DNA of 50,502 bases from Nautiliaceae bacterium (lineage in GTDB: Bacteria > Campylobacterota > Campylobacteria > Campylobacterales > Nautiliaceae): positions 1 to 50,502 of the forward strand of contig JBDONT010000033.1 in assembly GCA_039831155.1 (NCBI GenBank), given 5' to 3'. Below, one piece after another: positions 50,413 to 50,502 of this stretch; the first letter of the stretch is position 1; the number at the start of each line of letters is the position of its first letter. A program made the position numbers and the translations under genes. Below the pieces are notes generated by a model, which saw only the letters and a program-made list of their open reading frames with translations, did no database searches and had not been told where the DNA came from.

Positions 50413-50502
50413 GGAGAGTTGGCCGAGTGGTTGAAGGCGCACGCCTGGAACGCGTGTGTGGGTTAACGCCCACCGTGGGTTCGAATCCCACACTCTCCGC
50501 CA
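50413..50502 (+). tRNA. tRNA-Ser (anticodon GGA)
   Basis: Acceptor stem GGAGAGT/ACTCTCC, anticodon arm CACGC-CTGGAAC-GCGTG, long variable arm, GTTCGAATC T-loop, discriminator G, encoded CCA. Confidence 0.97.

Noticed and set aside
50413-50502. tRNA-Ser as an island attachment site
   Set aside because: No integrase or duplicated tRNA 3' end inside the window, and the downstream sequence is not visible.

Overview
AT-rich, very gene-dense chromosomal segment from a Campylobacterota (epsilonproteobacterial) bacterium. The gene order and TGnTATAAT promoters fit that phylum; a Nautiliaceae-like vent organism is an inference, not a database result. Most of the window is core genome: the cheZ-U32-purE-...-glyQ-nif3-zinc ribbon-waaA run, a flagellar locus (maf, flgE divergent from flgI-flgJ-flgM-flgN-flgK, with back-to-back sigma54 promoters), atpB, tyrA, bamA, lnt, yajC-secD-secF-leuS-lptE-GGDEF-folC-mfd, and tRNA-Ser(GGA) at the right edge. 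Accessory parts are a frameshifted OmpR-type regulator remnant beside an AAA/PD-(D/E)XK gene, a TetR-TolC-MFP-RND efflux operon with a clear operator followed by rhodanese-TauE, and a low-GC two-gene ABC-ATPase + putative PD-(D/E)XK nuclease module inserted into the purE-glyQ operon. That module is the best candidate for an undescribed, possibly anti-phage, system. I saw no CRISPR array, rRNA, integrase or transposase.
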